Origin: Candidatus Heimdallarchaeota archaeon
GTDB lineage: Archaea; Asgardarchaeota; Heimdallarchaeia; JABLTI01
Direction: 5' to 3'
Length of the DNA: 64,000 bases
Assembly (NCBI GenBank): GCA_019058275.1
Contig: JAHLVW010000015.1
Location: forward strand, 32,001-96,000
Part shown: in pieces, positions 42,103 to 51,642 of the stretch
How the letters are laid out: every line of letters begins with the position of its first letter
How positions within the stretch are numbered: the first letter of the stretch is position 1
Made by a program: the position numbers and the translations under genes
Notes under the pieces: model-generated
What the model saw: only the letters and a program-made list of their open reading frames with translations
What the model was told of the DNA's origin: nothing
Databases searched by the model: none

Positions 42103-44781
42103 TTATTCCTCTACTGTTGTTTTTAACACTCGGTCAATTATTGCATCGATATTAACTGCTTTTCCATGTTCAGTTTTTGCAGGATCAATTCCATCATCTC
42201 CATAAATGAATTGGATGATTTCACCACCCGCTCCTCTAACTGTACCATCATACTCAGCTTTAATATCCAATAAAGCATGAATTAATCGTCTTTGCATGTA
42301 TCCACTGGTTGAAGTACGAACAGCTGTGTCTACTAGACCTTCACGACCACCGCAAGCATGCATAAAGAACTCAACTGGAGTTAACCCTCTTCTAAAGCTA
42401 TTTCTCACGAAACCTCTTGAGGGAGCATCAAGAGCTCCCGGTTTAAAGTGTGGTAATGTTCTTCCTCTAAAACCTCTTTTAATTCGTTCACCACGGACAG
42501 ATTGTTGACCTAAACAAGCAGCCATTTGACCGAGGTTCAACATGCTTCCTCTAGCACCAGTCTTCGCCATAATTACTGCTTCGTTTTCCATTCCTAAGTA
42601 TTCACCAGCAACATCACTTGCAGTTGATCTTGATTTTGAAAGAATTTCCATGATTTTCATTTCAAGAGTTTCTTCTAGAGATCTACCTGCTAGTCTTTCA
42701 AGGATGCCTTGTCTGTAAGCTTCAATTGTTTCTTTGGTTTCTTTTTCAGCTTCATCCAATATCTCATCAATTCTTGCTTTAGCTTCTTTTGGAATGTTGA
42801 TATTCCAAAAGCCCATTGTAAAGCCCTTATAGGAAAGCACTCGAATGAAAAGCTTAGTAATAGCATCTAAGAATTCTCTTGCTTTTTCAGTTCCTTGATC
42901 AACCAAAATTCTGCCTAAAAGACTTCCTTCTTGTTGAGAACCTATAGCTTTCTTATCAATTACACCAGTTTTTAATATACCATTTCTTACAGTAACATAA
43001 GAATCATATTTGCAATTTTCTTGCAGACATTCAGTGCATTTCTGACAAATCTTAGCAGTATTTGTATAGTATGTTCCTTTGGGGATAAAGAGACTGAAAA
43101 TCTGTTTACCGCTGAAAAGTTCAATTGGTTCTTTAATTTCCGGTTCTGGTAGGTCTATATTAAATCCTGAAGAAATAATGAATTGCATTGCTTCTTTTCT
43201 TGTAAAGTATGAACCTTTTCTTGTTAGTAAGTAAGATGCAGAAATATAATCCCAATTTGCACCGATGAGTGGACCACCGTACCTTGGTGAGGAAATTTGT
43301 TGTTCAGCAAGCATGAGTGTTCTTGCTTCTGCTTGAGCTTCCTCGCTTTGTGGAACATGAAGGTTCATTTCATCTCCATCGAAATCTGCGTTATATGGTG
43401 GGCAGACACATAGGTTTAATCGGAATGTTCTGAAAGGCATAACTTTGACTTTATGAGCCATAATAGACATTCTATGTAATGATGGTTGTCTGTTAAATAA
43501 GACAATATCACCGTCTTTCAAATGTCTTTCAACTATGAATCCAGGTTCAAGTGAATCTGCTACATTTCGTTTCTCTTTAACAAAACGTAAGTCGATCCGT
43601 AATCCTTCTTGTCTAATAATGTAATTAGCCCCTGGATGATTCACAGGACCTCTCATAACAAGCTCTTTCAATTCCTCAATATTCCACTCAGTAACTCTTT
43701 CAGGAATTGTTAATTGCATTGCAATTTCCAAAGGAACACCAACCTCATTTATACTTAAATTGGGATCTGGAGAAATAACAGTTCGAGAGGAGAAATCAAC
43801 ACGCTTACCACATAAATTGCTTCTGAAACGTCCTTCCTTACCTTTCAACCTTTGAGTTAAGGTTCTTAATGCTCTTCCGGAACGATGTCTAGCAGGAGGA
43901 ATGCCTGAAACTTCATTGTTGAAGTATGTAGTTACGTGATATTGTAACAATTCCCAAAGATCTTCTACGATGAGTTGAGGGGCACCAGCTTCAATATTTT
44001 CTCGTAATCTTTGATTAATACGAATAATATCAACAAGTTTGTGAGTAAGATCATCTTCTGATCGGATACTGGATTCAAGAGTTATACTTGGTCTCATAGC
44101 AACTGGAGGTACTGGTAAAACTGTTAAAACCATCCATTCAGGTCTTGCATGTGCTGGATTTATTCCCAAAATTGGACAGTCCTCATCTGAAATCCTTTCC
44201 ATTCGATCTCTGACATCAGAAGGAGATAATTTCTTTCGATCAGTTACTTTGCTTTTCTTACTAACACGAATTTCTTCATAAAAAGTAGTTGGTTTTTCCA
44301 ATCTTATTTTAGATTCTAATGCTTGACAATGAGGGCATGTCTCAGTTTTTGCAGCTTTCTTAAGAATTTCGTTAATATAAGCAGAATTTTTTTGTTCCCA
44401 TCGCTTCTCATATTTAGTAAGCTCTTGTTTAAGCTTGTAGAGTTCTTCTTCTGGTAACAAGACTCTACTACATTCACAACAGATGGCTCTAAGAATCTTG
44501 TAAATTTTCTTGTTAAAACCTACATGGGAAATAGGTCTGGAGAGTTCAATATGACCAAAGTGTCCTTCACATTCACCAACTCTATTACCACAAGTTTTAC
44601 ACCTTTGACCAGGATCTATTGTGCCCAATCGTCTATCCATTAGTCCAGAGGGGATTGCTGTGCCGTCTTCATCGTAAGTGTCTGCAGTAATGACACGAAC
44701 AACACTCATTTTTCTAATCTCATCTGGTGATAATAAACCGAATTGTAATGCGTCGATTATTTTTGGTAATTTAAATGCCAT
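42103..44781 (-). CDS. rpo1N: RNA polymerase subunit A' (Rpo1N)
   Basis: YNADFDGDEMN active site, GHFGHIEL, GREGLVDTAVRT. Confidence 0.98.
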   Translation of the reverse strand: MAFKLPKIIDALQFGLLSPDEIRKMSVVRVITADTYDEDGTAIPSGLMDRRLGTIDPGQRCKTCGNRVGECEGHFGHIELSRPISHVGFNKKIYKILRAICCECSRVLLPEEELYKLKQELTKYEKRWEQKNSAYINEILKKAAKTETCPHCQALESKIRLEKPTTFYEEIRVSKKSKVTDRKKLSPSDVRDRMERISDEDCPILGINPAHARPEWMVLTVLPVPPVAMRPSITLESSIRSEDDLTHKLVDIIRINQRLRENIEAGAPQLIVEDLWELLQYHVTTYFNNEVSGIPPARHRSGRALRTLTQRLKGKEGRFRSNLCGKRVDFSSRTVISPDPNLSINEVGVPLEIAMQLTIPERVTEWNIEELKELVMRGPVNHPGANYIIRQEGLRIDLRFVKEKRNVADSLEPGFIVERHLKDGDIVLFNRQPSLHRMSIMAHKVKVMPFRTFRLNLCVCPPYNADFDGDEMNLHVPQSEEAQAEARTLMLAEQQISSPRYGGPLIGANWDYISASYLLTRKGSYFTRKEAMQFIISSGFNIDLPEPEIKEPIELFSGKQIFSLFIPKGTYYTNTAKICQKCTECLQENCKYDSYVTVRNGILKTGVIDKKAIGSQQEGSLLGRILVDQGTEKAREFLDAITKLFIRVLSYKGFTMGFWNINIPKEAKARIDEILDEAEKETKETIEAYRQGILERLAGRSLEETLEMKIMEILSKSRSTASDVAGEYLGMENEAVIMAKTGARGSMLNLGQMAACLGQQSVRGERIKRGFRGRTLPHFKPGALDAPSRGFVRNSFRRGLTPVEFFMHACGGREGLVDTAVRTSTSGYMQRRLIHALLDIKAEYDGTVRGAGGEIIQFIYGDDGIDPAKTEHGKAVNIDAIIDRVLKTTVEE

Positions 44782-44799
44782 TTTTTTTCCTCCATCTCT

Positions 44800-47700
44800 C
44801 TATGCTTGGTCCTTTAAGATCAATCTTGGCGCCATCCCAAGTGAGAATAGTTCTTGCAATAGCAATTTGAATGCATAACTCATTATTACTTGAGATACTG
44901 CTGCTTCGCCTTTACAAACAGGACAGAAATACTTGTCCCTGTTTCGGTCATAAGTAGCGATAACTCCACACGCTCCACAGATATTTATTGTTGTTTTATC
45001 TGATTCTTCCAACAATCGTTCTTTTAGGAGCAGTGCAGCTCCATGACCAACAAGACAATCTCGTTCCATTTCTCCGAAACGAAGACCACCTTCTCTTGCA
45101 CGACCTTCTGTTGGTTGTCTTGTGAGAATTTGAACAGGTCCTCTAGATCTAGCATGAGTTTTGTCTTTTACAAGATGATGTAGTTTCTGATAATAAGCCA
45201 TACCCATAAAGATGTCAACATCATACTTTCTACCAGTCAAACCATTATACATAGCTTGTTTTCCATAGTAGTTTAGACCTAGCTCTTTCATTCCTTTAAC
45301 AAGATCGTCTGAGGAAATTCCTTCAAAAGGTGTAGCATCCAATACGATTCCCTTTTTCGATCCCAGAACTGCAGCCATAGTTTCCAAAATTTGACCAATG
45401 GTCATTCTTGAGGGAATAGCATGACAATTAACAATAATATCAGGAACAATACCTTCCGATGTAAATGGTAAGTCTTCAGAAGGAGCAATTAAACCAATAA
45501 CTCCTTTTTGACCATGTCGAGAGGCAAATTTATCACCGAGTTCAGGAATTCGCATATCCCTCATTTTAACTTTAACTAAACGGTTTCCATCACTGGTTTC
45601 AGTTAAATAAACAGTATCAACAAATCCTTCTTCGCTGTGTCTCATGCTGATACTTGTTTCATGCCTAATTGGAGCTCGAACTTCAAACTCGCTATATTCT
45701 TCAAGAAATCTTGGAGGTGAGGTTCTTCCAATGATAACTTCATCGCCTTTAATGTTGCTTTCTGGTTCAACTATACCATCAGCACTTAAATGAACATAAG
45801 CTTCTGGAGGTCTGAACCCACGAACATCTTTACTCATTCGTTCAAATTTATCTTCTTGTCCAGCAGGATATCGTCTTTCTTCTGCTTCATACCTTCTGAA
45901 GAATGCAGAACGAGCAAGACCGCGCTCAATAGATTGTTTATTAAAAATAATTGCATCTTCCATGTTATATCCTTCATAACTAAGAAGGGCTATGACCATA
46001 TTTTGTCCTGCAGGTCTTTTGTCAAAATTAATAATATCCATACCATGTGTTTTCACAAGGGGTTTCTGAGGATAGAAGAGAATATGTGATCGAGTATCAA
46101 CTCGCAAACGGTAATTTGCAGCATACATACCTAGTGCTTGTTTTGCCATAGCTGATTCATAAGTGTTTCTTGGTGATTGGTTGTGTTCTGCAAATGGGAT
46201 TAGAGACGCACAAATACCTAGAATAGCACTTGGTGTAATTTCTAAGTGTGTATGTGTTGAATCACTTTCTAAATTATGAGGTTCCATTGCAATGTAAGAG
46301 CTTTCCTCTTCTTCTGCATCAAGATATTCTACAATACCTCTTCGAATCAAATCAGTCCAAGACCATGCTCCAGATATAACCTTGTCTATATGTTTCTTCT
46401 CTAACTTGAGCTTACTTCGGTCAGCTATTAAGAGAGGTCTTCTTACTCGACCATGATCACAATTAATCTGAATTTCTTGAATATCTTCGTAATAATTGAC
46501 ATTTACTTCAGAACTAAGGATATCTTTTCTTCTCGCTTTCTTAATGTCATTTACAAAACTTTTGGGACTTGGATGTGATCCTAGTAATCGACCATTAAGA
46601 AATATTTTACATGATTCAGTTGATTTCATATTTTCAAGTTCATTAAAACCTAATGAAGAAAGAAATTCTTCAATTTCTTTTACTGAAACACCTACGCTAA
46701 TGTAAGCATCCATTGCTAGATTCTTGACAAGACCACAATTTGGACCTTCTGGGGTTTCACTTGGACAAATTTTTCCAAAATGTGTTGGATGAAGATCTCG
46801 TGCTTCAAAATGAGGTTGATTTCTACTTAGAGGACTAACAACTCTTCTTAAATGGCTGAGTGTAGAGATATAGTTTGTTCTATCTAGCAATTGACTAACA
46901 CCAGCTTTACCACCAACCCAATTACCTGTAGCTAAAGCGTGTCTTAATCTCTCAGTAATAACATCAGCTCTAACTGCAGTTTTAATATTAGGGGTTCTAC
47001 CTCTAACTGCAGTTCTTTCAAGTTGGTATTTAATATCACGACACAAACTCATAAAGGCGACTCTAAACAATGAGATTAAAGATTCACCAGAGAGTTTTAA
47101 TCGTTTGTTTGAATAATGATCTTTATCGTCTTCAGTTCTTTTTCCTAATTCAAGCTCTAATAATCTTTGAGCCATTTGACCTAAGAAAAAGGCTTTTCCA
47201 ATACGATGTTCTTCTTTTGTACCAATGTGTCTAAGTAAATATCTATTCAAGATTTCACGAGCACGTTTTATTCGGTAATCCATTGTTTGACCAACAGCTA
47301 CTCGCTTACCAATGAAATCAAGAGCTTTTTCTTCATCAGTAACTTCAGAAGATTCATCTAAAGATGGAATTAATTCCTTACGAACATCTTGCTCATCAGA
47401 AACAGCATCTACAATGGATTTATCAGAAGCTAGACCTAAAGCTTTCATTAAAATTGAAAAAGGTATTTTTCTAGGAACAGAAGGGAAACTAATATTTAAG
47501 CTTCCATCTCGAGATCTTTCCATAGTAACAGGTGCTCTTACTCCTTGAGCAGTGCTAAAGACTTTGGCCATACTAGTTACACTACCAGTTTTCAACTCAA
47601 TTAAAATTCTATTAGGAGCTAAATCTTCTTGTGTAACTAAAACCCTTTCACTACCATTAATGATGAAGTAACCACCAGGATCATTGGGATCTTCTCCTGC

Positions 47701-48141
47701 TTTAATAAGTTCTTCATCTGTCATTCTGCTTAATGGACAAACTTTTGATTTTAACATAATGGGCATACGACCAACAAAAACCCTGGAGGTTTCTCGAGGG
47801 ATTTCATTTCCTGCTTCATCAATACGGATTGGAGTCATATCGAGATAGAGTGGAGCAGTATAGGTAAGATTTCTAATTCTTGCTTCACTAGGATAAATAT
47901 TATTTAATGATCCATCCGCTTCTCTAATATTTGGTGGGTCCATTTCAATTTTGTTAATTTTAACATAGTAATTTGGGATTTCAGGTTTAATACTACCTAT
48001 TTCTCTCACGACAGATTGCATGCCATTATGAATAAATTCATTGTAACTATCAAGATGCTGTCGGACGAGCCCAAGTTCCTTTACCATTGACTCTATTAGA
48101 ATCCATCTATCTTCTATTGTTATGTTTTCAGTTTCAGACAT
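44800..48141 (-). CDS. rpo2: RNA polymerase subunit B (unsplit Rpo2)
   Basis: GYFIINGSERV, ETPEGPNCGL, GDKFASRHGQKG, GLRFGEMERDC. Confidence 0.98.
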   Translation of the reverse strand: MSETENITIEDRWILIESMVKELGLVRQHLDSYNEFIHNGMQSVVREIGSIKPEIPNYYVKINKIEMDPPNIREADGSLNNIYPSEARIRNLTYTAPLYLDMTPIRIDEAGNEIPRETSRVFVGRMPIMLKSKVCPLSRMTDEELIKAGEDPNDPGGYFIINGSERVLVTQEDLAPNRILIELKTGSVTSMAKVFSTAQGVRAPVTMERSRDGSLNISFPSVPRKIPFSILMKALGLASDKSIVDAVSDEQDVRKELIPSLDESSEVTDEEKALDFIGKRVAVGQTMDYRIKRAREILNRYLLRHIGTKEEHRIGKAFFLGQMAQRLLELELGKRTEDDKDHYSNKRLKLSGESLISLFRVAFMSLCRDIKYQLERTAVRGRTPNIKTAVRADVITERLRHALATGNWVGGKAGVSQLLDRTNYISTLSHLRRVVSPLSRNQPHFEARDLHPTHFGKICPSETPEGPNCGLVKNLAMDAYISVGVSVKEIEEFLSSLGFNELENMKSTESCKIFLNGRLLGSHPSPKSFVNDIKKARRKDILSSEVNVNYYEDIQEIQINCDHGRVRRPLLIADRSKLKLEKKHIDKVISGAWSWTDLIRRGIVEYLDAEEEESSYIAMEPHNLESDSTHTHLEITPSAILGICASLIPFAEHNQSPRNTYESAMAKQALGMYAANYRLRVDTRSHILFYPQKPLVKTHGMDIINFDKRPAGQNMVIALLSYEGYNMEDAIIFNKQSIERGLARSAFFRRYEAEERRYPAGQEDKFERMSKDVRGFRPPEAYVHLSADGIVEPESNIKGDEVIIGRTSPPRFLEEYSEFEVRAPIRHETSISMRHSEEGFVDTVYLTETSDGNRLVKVKMRDMRIPELGDKFASRHGQKGVIGLIAPSEDLPFTSEGIVPDIIVNCHAIPSRMTIGQILETMAAVLGSKKGIVLDATPFEGISSDDLVKGMKELGLNYYGKQAMYNGLTGRKYDVDIFMGMAYYQKLHHLVKDKTHARSRGPVQILTRQPTEGRAREGGLRFGEMERDCLVGHGAALLLKERLLEESDKTTINICGACGVIATYDRNRDKYFCPVCKGEAAVSQVIMSYAFKLLLQELFSLGMAPRLILKDQA

Positions 48142-48273
48142 TCAGTTTTGCCTCACTGATACGGACTTCTAGGACAATTTTTCATGCCAAAAAGGTAATG
48201 TTTTGCAGCTGGAAGAGCAACAATCTCTTTTCGTATTCTATCGTCTTTTAAATATTACTACAAGGAACGCATT

Positions 48274-48394
48274 TCAAGATTATATTTAGTTATTTCTACT
48301 ATCTACATGCTATTAATAACATATTATTTTTCGAAATTCGATGGCATAATCTGTGAACGAACACGAATTGTAAATAATTAGAATATAATCTTGA
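48274..48394. repeat. 13-bp perfect inverted repeat in the divergent promoter region
   Basis: TCAAGATTATATT (48274-48286) / AATATAATCTTGA (48382-48394). Confidence 0.7.
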
Positions 48395-48648
48395 TGATTT
48401 AATGCAAATCATGATGAATTGTAACAAATCTAGTAGATGCAGCTATATATTGAATTTCCCCTGAGTTTTTACTTTCTGACATATCACATATTTATTATCT
48501 TTTTATATAATTAAGTAATAACTTAGTCAAATATTTTTCCATTAGATTGAAATAAAATCGGGGATTTTTAATGTCTTATTTTAAGAATAGTTGTGAGTAG
48601 AGTAGAAACTCTGAGGTCACAAGCATAATAATTGAATGACCCTTTCCA

Positions 48649-49626
48649 TTGGATGGATTTTACGTGCAAACAAATAAACAAGAGCTGGAACTTGAAACGG
48701 AAAAAATACTTTTGGCAGGTCTAGATAATGCTGGGAAAAGCTCAATTCAAGACATTCTGAAATTTACACCAATTGAAGCTGCACTCCGAAGAGTCCCAAG
48801 TAAGGATTTGGAAATCTTTAACAAGAATTTCTTGAAGAAGAATTATATTTTCTTTGTACCACCTGGACAAGAAGATCTCAGATTAAATGAATATCATGGT
48901 TCAATGAGAGAGGAATATTTTGGTAATGTTAGCACATTTATTTTTATCATCGACTCATCAGACGATTTGAGATTTAAGGAAGCAAGTGCAGAATTACAGA
49001 GATCTATTGAAGACTTACTAGATCTTTCTCCCAACTGTAAGAGCTTTCTAATTTTTGCTCATAAACAAGACCTCAATAACGCATCAGATGGGATGAGAAT
49101 AAAAAAAGAAATCTTGGATCCGTTAAAGCAATTGTATCCAGGGATAATTCTACAATTCAAAATATATGAAACAACGGTACTGAATCCTGAGACTATTCAC
49201 GAACCATTTGTAAGAGCTATTGCAAAACATGTTGGTATTGTAAGAATTGATTTTGATAAACTGGCTGAATGGATAAGAGAAAAGGTGAGAGCTAGAATTG
49301 TTCTAATTACTGATCCTAATGGTCTGCTTATTGGCGAGTCTTTTACAGGGGAAGAGAATTCGTTAGTATATGCTGCTTATGTAGCAAAGATTTTTTCAGC
49401 AACAGAAGATTTCCAAAGTGATTTGGAAGGAGATAGTGTGAAGATAATTTTGTTAGAAGAAAATAGCGAAAATCATTACAGCATCATTTCAAGAATCAAT
49501 TGTTCAAAGAATGATTATTTGGCTTTGTTTATTGGAAATCCTTTGGCGAATATTGGTATGACACGGTTAGTAAATAAGAAAGGACTTCAAAAATTAAAAG
49601 CTGCTTATAGTAATTACAAGGAATAA
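48649..49626 (+). CDS. Rag/Gtr-like small GTPase fused to a C-terminal roadblock domain
   Basis: G1 GLDNAGKS, G3 variant VPPGQ, G4 HKQD, G5 YETTV; C-terminal IVLITDPNGLLIGES...AAYVAKIF roadblock signature. Confidence 0.82.
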   Translation: MDGFYVQTNKQELELETEKILLAGLDNAGKSSIQDILKFTPIEAALRRVPSKDLEIFNKNFLKKNYIFFVPPGQEDLRLNEYHGSMREEYFGNVSTFIFIIDSSDDLRFKEASAELQRSIEDLLDLSPNCKSFLIFAHKQDLNNASDGMRIKKEILDPLKQLYPGIILQFKIYETTVLNPETIHEPFVRAIAKHVGIVRIDFDKLAEWIREKVRARIVLITDPNGLLIGESFTGEENSLVYAAYVAKIFSATEDFQSDLEGDSVKIILLEENSENHYSIISRINCSKNDYLALFIGNPLANIGMTRLVNKKGLQKLKAAYSNYKE

Positions 49627-49673
49627 AGAGTTAGGTAAAAAATCGAGTTAACTTTGAGTGGTAAGGTGTTTAA

Positions 49674-50750
49674 ATGAACCAAACAGATGATATAACAGCA
49701 GTATTAGTGGAATTCGATTCTATTAAGGGGCCAGTTATAAGAAAAAAGCAACCTGCAAGTTACATTTTCCCTGAAAATTCTGAAATGGAAAGTGTATTAA
49801 TGTGGGCAATTAGGGCATCTGAATTTTCCGTTCGTAAAATTGAAAAGCAAACAGCTTATGCAAAAGCGATTTCATTAAGAGACCCTAATTTCACCCGCAA
49901 GAAAAGACAATTCGGTATTGCACTAATTACTGAAACAACAATGGATTTAGGAAAGGCAGAATCCATTCTTGATAAGATTATTTCTGTTTGTGTAAAAGAA
50001 AGTGAAAATAAACCATATTTCAAAATGCTGAATGGTTTACTCATTGCAATTGGTGATTTTCAACAGATCATTAATGGTGAATCCTTAACAACAAAGAATC
50101 CAAACATTATAAATCAAAAAGAGAAAACGAGTGATTCTAATGAAAAGGAGGATAAATATAACGAGCAACAAATACAACAATACTTACTAATGAGCAACAG
50201 ATTGAATCTTTTCAACAAGATTACTTTTCTAGATAAAGAGAATAACACAAAAACAATTGTTTGCTTAGCAGAAGGGTTTAGCAAAGCTAATGGAGTTTTT
50301 GGCGTACCTTACGAATATACATCAGATAGATTTAACATCCAAGTGGATTTACGATATGAAATTCCAGAGGGATTAGAACAAGGTCTCGAGATATTAGCAA
50401 GGATACTTAGTACTATGACAACTGGTAAAGAATTCAACGAGAAGGTATTGGTTTCTGCGGAATTTATTGATAGATTGCTTTTTGAAAAAGTAGATATAAA
50501 ATATTATCTCCCATTTTTACAATATTTGATTTCAATGGATCATTTTACAATAACTGAATTCAAAACAGAAGAGTATAAAGAACAATATGCAAGTTTGAAA
50601 GAAACTCATGGAGATTGGATAGATTGCTTAATTGGCAAGGAATTTGATGGCCAAAAATTATCTGAATTCTTTAAAATCACTGGAACCAACAAGGAAGGAT
50701 TAGAACTACTTGTAGACTTATTATTTGTGAAATTAATTGCAATTTTTTAA
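49674..50750 (+). CDS. uDENN/longin protein (NPRL2/FLCN-like) with C-terminal wHTH-like end
   Basis: AVLVEFDSIKGPVIRKKQP and DPNFTRKKRQFGIALI motifs. Confidence 0.72.
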   Translation: MNQTDDITAVLVEFDSIKGPVIRKKQPASYIFPENSEMESVLMWAIRASEFSVRKIEKQTAYAKAISLRDPNFTRKKRQFGIALITETTMDLGKAESILDKIISVCVKESENKPYFKMLNGLLIAIGDFQQIINGESLTTKNPNIINQKEKTSDSNEKEDKYNEQQIQQYLLMSNRLNLFNKITFLDKENNTKTIVCLAEGFSKANGVFGVPYEYTSDRFNIQVDLRYEIPEGLEQGLEILARILSTMTTGKEFNEKVLVSAEFIDRLLFEKVDIKYYLPFLQYLISMDHFTITEFKTEEYKEQYASLKETHGDWIDCLIGKEFDGQKLSEFFKITGTNKEGLELLVDLLFVKLIAIF

Positions 50751-50794
50751 AAACCCTTGTTATCTTTGTATTGTAACAAGGAGTACAATCACTA

Positions 50795-51613
50795 ATGGAA
50801 ACAGAAAAGGCAAATAGCTCATGGATGATTCCTGGAAAACCAGCAATCGAGTTCTATGAAGAAAAGTTCGGAAAAACATTGGTAATTGCAGATTTGCATC
50901 TAGGATTTGTCTATGGGCAAAATAAGAAAGGAATTCTTATACCTGTTTCCAAAAGACCTGAAGAAGAACTTGTGGAATTAATTGAAGAAAGAAAACCGAA
51001 AAGGTTAATCATAGTAGGAGATTTTAAAGACGAGATATTTGGAACTGCGCATCCTTTGGCTGGTAGAGCTTGGAAGCTCCTACGAAGAATGTTGAATCTT
51101 ACAAGACTGACTATAATTAAAGGGAATCATGATGGGAAAATTGAAGAGATACTCCCAGATGAAATCGAACTTATTCAACCATCAGGTTTAGTTGTGAAAG
51201 AAAAGAAGGAAGGATTATCAGTGGGATTATGGCATGGTCATGCAAATCCTGTCTTGGATGTTTATTCTGCTGATGTAACCATATCTGGACATGCACACCC
51301 GACTTTTGCTTTTCGTGATGAAATTGGTACAAAAATTACAGAAAAAGTTTGGGTGAAAGCAAAATGGTTGCACGCTGAAGGAGATCAAGAGAGATTACAC
51401 ATAATTTTGCCTGCTTTCAATAAGTATCTTGATGGCTTTTCTATTGATGGGAAATTCTTCAAAACAATAGTAACAATGAAAGAAGGAATTGATTTTGATA
51501 ATGCCGAAGTTTTTACTCTTGATGGTGTTCTAATTGGTACGATAAAAGAATTACAAGATGAAAGAATCATTTCTGATAATGAAAGAACAAAGAAGAGATA
51601 CAAGAAAAGATGA
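50795..51613 (+). CDS. Calcineurin-like metallophosphoesterase
   Basis: ADLHLG, GD, GNHD, HGH, GHAHP, PAFN. Confidence 0.92.
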   Translation: METEKANSSWMIPGKPAIEFYEEKFGKTLVIADLHLGFVYGQNKKGILIPVSKRPEEELVELIEERKPKRLIIVGDFKDEIFGTAHPLAGRAWKLLRRMLNLTRLTIIKGNHDGKIEEILPDEIELIQPSGLVVKEKKEGLSVGLWHGHANPVLDVYSADVTISGHAHPTFAFRDEIGTKITEKVWVKAKWLHAEGDQERLHIILPAFNKYLDGFSIDGKFFKTIVTMKEGIDFDNAEVFTLDGVLIGTIKELQDERIISDNERTKKRYKKR

Positions 51614-51642
51614 CTAGTTCTGTTCTCAAATCATTCAATTCT

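Noticed and set aside
48142-48648. Hidden rpo5 (rpoH) gene
   Set aside because: No ORF with an HxLVPxH-type motif found
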